64,000 nucleotides of DNA from Fonticula alba ATCC 38817 (lineage: Eukaryota > Protista > Nucleariida), in assembly GCA_000388065.2 (NCBI GenBank), contig KB932201.1; one strand, 5' to 3'. Positions 60,279-64,000 of the stretch are shown piece after piece. The translations under genes were made by a program, and so were the position numbers. A model generated the notes under the pieces. That model did not search any database. It had not been told where the DNA came from and saw only the letters and a program-made list of their open reading frames with translations. Positions within the stretch are counted from its first letter, which is position 1; each line of letters starts with the position of its first letter.

Positions 60279-61502
60279 GCCATGTGCGCGGGTGGGCCTT
60301 CATGCCCTGGACGTCCCCCTCCCCCTGCCTCGCCCCCTGCCTGCCGCGCCCAGCTCGCGAGTCGGTCAGCGTCCACGCCCCCCCCCCGGCGCCCCTGTTA
60401 CCCACTTTCGCGCAAGGGGCTTTCTCCCGGGGGGGGGGGGGGGGGGGGGGGGCTGACCGGCGGGCACCGGGATGGGCGGCCGTCCTGCCCCACGTCTTTC
60501 CGGGGGACCGACGGCTCGGGAAAAGAAGGNNNNNNNNNNNNNNNNNNNNNNNNNNNNNNNNNNNNNNNNNNCCAGGGCGCCGGCCGCGGTCCTTTGTCGC
60601 CGCGGGGGGGGGGGGGCGGGAGGGCGGGCGGGTCGAGAGCGGTCGGCAGGTCCGCGCCACGAAGATGCGCCTTGTCAGGCAGGGCGAGGTCTTTGGGGGG
60701 CGGGGGGAGGGGGGGCATGCACGGGGTAACCCGCTGGCCTGGTGCCGGTTGTGTGCCCGTACCCCCCCTCCCCCCCCCTTCCCCCCGTCCGCTCACGATC
60801 CGCTCCGGAGGCCGCGGACGGCCACGCCACCCGCAAGGATGCGTCTGCCGAGGTACCTTCCGGGGGATGGCCCCTGTTGGCGGAATCCTGGCCCTGCCGC
60901 CCCCGCCCCTCTGGCCCCGGGCACCGGCGTTGCCTCAGATGTCCCCCTGCAGGCCCTACCCGGGGGCAGGGGTCTTTTCCTCGAGACGCACATGCGTGCA
61001 GGCGCTCCTGCATTTCACCACACCTCCTTTGGCCCGACGCGCCGAGGCCCTCAGGCCCGAGCATGTACACGCCGCTGCTCGCCCTCTCCGTCATCTCCCT
61101 CCTTCTTCAGGGGGGCAGGTATATTCACACGCGCCAGAGGGGGCGCGGGCCGGGCGTGGCCACGCCCCTTCCGACTCGGGGCCATCGCCCCGTGTGGGGA
61201 GACCCTGCCTTTCGTGCTTTTCTCTCTCTCTCTCTCTCTCTCTCCTGCTCTCCCGCTCCCTCCCCCGGGCCTCTCGTGCACCCTGTCCCGGCATCCCCCG
61301 GGGCCTGGTGCCCGGAGAAGCAGGCGCGTGAAGCACGGGCCCAGGCGATCTCCCCGTCCAGCTGGCACAAGCAAGGGGGTCCGGCATCAGAGGACTCCGC
61401 TCCTGCCCCCGCCCGCCCTGCAGCGCCCCCTCGCCCCCCCCCCCGTCGGTGAGGGGTGGTCGGCTTGTTTTTTTTTTCGCCCCCGGGCACGCCTTTTGGC
61501 CA

Positions 61503-61515
61503 TATATATTATAAG
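61503..61515 (+). promoter_or_regulatory. TATA-like element upstream of the FHA gene
   Basis: TATATATTATAAG in a GC-rich background about 1 kb upstream of the ATG at 62556; the intervening pyrimidine-rich sequence resembles a 5' UTR/intron. Confidence 0.35.
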
Positions 61516-62555
61516 CACAGCCTACCCGGACCCCAGGCCCACGACGACAGTGCCGCCGGCCCGCCCCCGCGGCGTGAAGTTGTTGTTTTCTCATGGGCCG
61601 CTCTCTGGGAGGGGGGGGGGGGGGGGCGTTGGCGCGCGCGCGCGGGCACACGCACACATGCACGTCCGCCCCCCACCCTCTGCCGGGCGATACCCAGGGG
61701 GAGGGGGGCGCGGGTAGGGGACCCTCGCCCCCGCCAGGGAACCGCGCTTGTCTGCCGTGGCCAAGTTCCTGGTCGCGACCGCGCGCGCCAATCACTCATG
61801 CCAAGGAGAGCGCCGGGAGCCGAGGGGAACAGTGGCCGGAAAAAAGCCCCCTCCCCCGGGGCGACGCTTGCACCGTGCCGGTCACCCCCCCTCATTTGCT
61901 CCTCCCCCTCCCTGGCTCGCCCCTCTGCCCCTCCGCCCCTTCCTCCCGTTCTCCTCCTGCGCGCCCGCCTCCTTCCCTCCCCCTCTCCTCCTCTGCTCGC
62001 GCGCTCCCGCTGCGCCTCCGGCTCTTGCCCGGCCCCACCCAAAGAGCAGGTACACGCCGCGCTCCTGCATTTCCGAGACACCTCTGTGCTCCTGCGCCCC
62101 TCCGTTGTCGTTCGCAGGTTTCTACCCCGAAGCTGACGCCCCCCCCCCCTCCCCCTCCTCCTCCTGTGTGTTCTTCACTGCCGTTTTTGGTGTCTGGCGC
62201 CCGTGCCCGCGCACTCACGCAGATCCCCAACCCACCGGCCAGCCCCGTCACCCCCCGCCGCCTCCGACGCCCTCCCCCCGCCTCCTCCTGCCCCTCTCCC
62301 TCTGCCTGCCTGCTCAGCATTTGCCGCGGCGCACCGGCCCTCGCCCCTCACCCTCCCTTGCGAGAAGCGCCCACTTCAACTCCCCCCCGGCCGGCCCCGT
62401 ACGTTGCCCCGGCTGTTTCTCCCCGTCGCTTCTATTTCCACCATCCCATGCTGTGCATTTGCACACCGGTGCTGACACCCGCCGCTCGCTCTCTACCACC
62501 GGCCTACTTTTACACAGAACTCTCCCAGGCCTTTTCGCCTCTCTTAAAGCCCACC

Positions 62556-63078
62556 ATGGCAAGCCATTCTTCGTCATCGCTACCGCGTCCGCCGCCGAGC
62601 TTCCCCGGCGCCAGCGGCAGCGACGTGCTCACGGTCCAGCTGCACCCGGTGAACCAGAGCTTCGTTACCAAGCACTTCCAGTTGATGGATGGCCAGCATA
62701 TCGAACTCGGTCGCCTTGTTGACCACAACGACGGCCCCCAGGTCCCTCGTTTCTCCAGCAAGGTCGTCTCTCGGCGGCATGCGTTCATCATGCGCTCTGG
62801 CATGCGCGTACGTCCTTCCCTCACCCCATCCCTTTTCGGCCTTCGCTCTGCCGTGTCTGTGGTCTCCCTTTTCCGGCTCGACTCACCGCCCCGTGTGCCC
62901 TTCTTCCTCCCTCCGCTCTGTGTAGCTCTTCCTCAAGGACATCCGGTCCTCTTCGGGCACCTTCCTCACCTCGGCCCGGACTGGCCTCAACCTCCTGCGC
63001 CTGAGCGAGATGGTACGCGCGCGCTCCCACCAACCATCTGCGCTTCTTCCCTCCCGTGCCGGGCTAACTCTCTCGCTC

Positions 63079-63152
<74 letters not shown>

Positions 63153-63211
63153 GCTCTCGCTCTCGCTCTCGCTCTCGCTCTCGCTCTCGCTCTCGCTCTC
63201 GCTCTCGCTCT

Positions 63212-63249
<38 letters not shown>

Positions 63250-64000
63250 CCCGCCTCAGGGCAATGAGAGCCAGCATCACGAGATCTTCGATGGGGATAT
63301 CATTCAGCTGGGAGAGGATTGCGTCGTCGACGGTGCTCACTACAAGTGCGTCGCGATGCAGCTCTCGATTTTGCAACACGACGACCGTGGGTCCCCCACG
63401 CCCGGGTCCGTGCCGATCCCCTTCCCGGCCAAGGCCAAGTTCGCCGACTCGCCTGCCGGTAGCGGTGGCACTCCAGGCACCTTCTCCCCGGACCATGGGA
63501 GTTTCATGAGCGGGTCCCTCGGCCGGCGGAGCTCTTCCCTGGTCAGCGGCGCAGCCAGTCTCAATCGGCACAGCTCCTTCCGCCGGCATGGGTCCATGAT
63601 TCGCCACGACTCGACACAGAGCATCGCATCCAGCCCGATGGCCATCCCCGGCGGCGGGTCGCCCTCTTCTCCCTTCGCAGTTGGCAGCTCCAACTCCTCC
63701 TCGTCGCTTAGCACGACCCTGGTCCGGCCAGTGCTCGACACCAACTCCCCGGCCGGTGGCACATCCACCGACGGCGCCTTCGATGGGGCCGAGGAGGACT
63801 ACATGTGCGCATGGCCCCTTTCCCCGTTCCTTTTTGTTTCTCCCCCTCTCCCTATCTGTCTCTGTTTCGGGCTCTCGCTCTTTCCGTGTTCATTGTTCGC
63901 AGTGTCAACACGCCCAGCCTCCGGTCCTGACCCACCTTCTGCCCCCCCCCCCCCTTCCCCCCGCCTGTCCCCAATCCAGCGATTATTCCAACGATCCAGA
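62556..64000 (+). CDS. FHA-domain protein (Dma1/SLMAP-type FHA), 5' part only, runs off the window end
   Basis: ELGR..FSSKVVSRRHAFI..|LFLKDIRSSSGTFL..|HEIFDGDIIQLGED..YKCVAMQL across three exons, followed by a Ser-rich linker. Confidence 0.88.
63066..63246. repeat. Compound (CT)n/(CTCG-CT)n microsatellite in an FHA-gene intron
   Basis: Directly visible. Confidence 0.9.

Noticed and set aside
61593-63509. 638-aa plus-strand ORF treated as one protein
   Set aside because: Reads through 5' leader and intron microsatellites; only the exonic FHA parts from 62556 are credible.

Overview
Gene-dense, GC-rich eukaryotic nuclear DNA with short spliceosomal introns, many microsatellite and poly-C/G tracts, and 13 N-gaps. 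The style and gene content suggest a unicellular opisthokont such as the nucleariid Fonticula; this is inference and was not verified. About 21 spliced or intronless protein genes could be reconstructed by hand: kinesin-3 with FHA+PX, mitochondrial phosphate carrier, a greatly expanded CNOT11, LSm4, RPC8, CD2BP2, SmF, VPS35L, GET4, RING-H2 E3, MED20-like, RMI2-like, BORCS6, bZIP, MINDY, an FHA protein and several orphans. Highlights missed by the ORF track: (1) a four-exon gene at 56651-57741 encoding a TatB-like subunit resembling plant mitochondrial TatB, which implies a mitochondrial twin-arginine translocase in a fungal/animal-side lineage; (2) a minus-strand non-coding host gene whose three introns carry box C/D snoRNAs matching yeast snR57, snR55 and snR61 in the yeast order; (3) a further intronic C/D snoRNA candidate in SmF; (4) a bipartite dispersed repeat with an equal-length but unrelated 37-nt spacer; (5) an Illumina adapter embedded in a false tandem duplication. 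Family assignments rest on motifs recalled from known proteins and RNAs, not on database searches. Exon boundaries are manual predictions. No tRNA, rRNA, CRISPR array or transposase was recognised.
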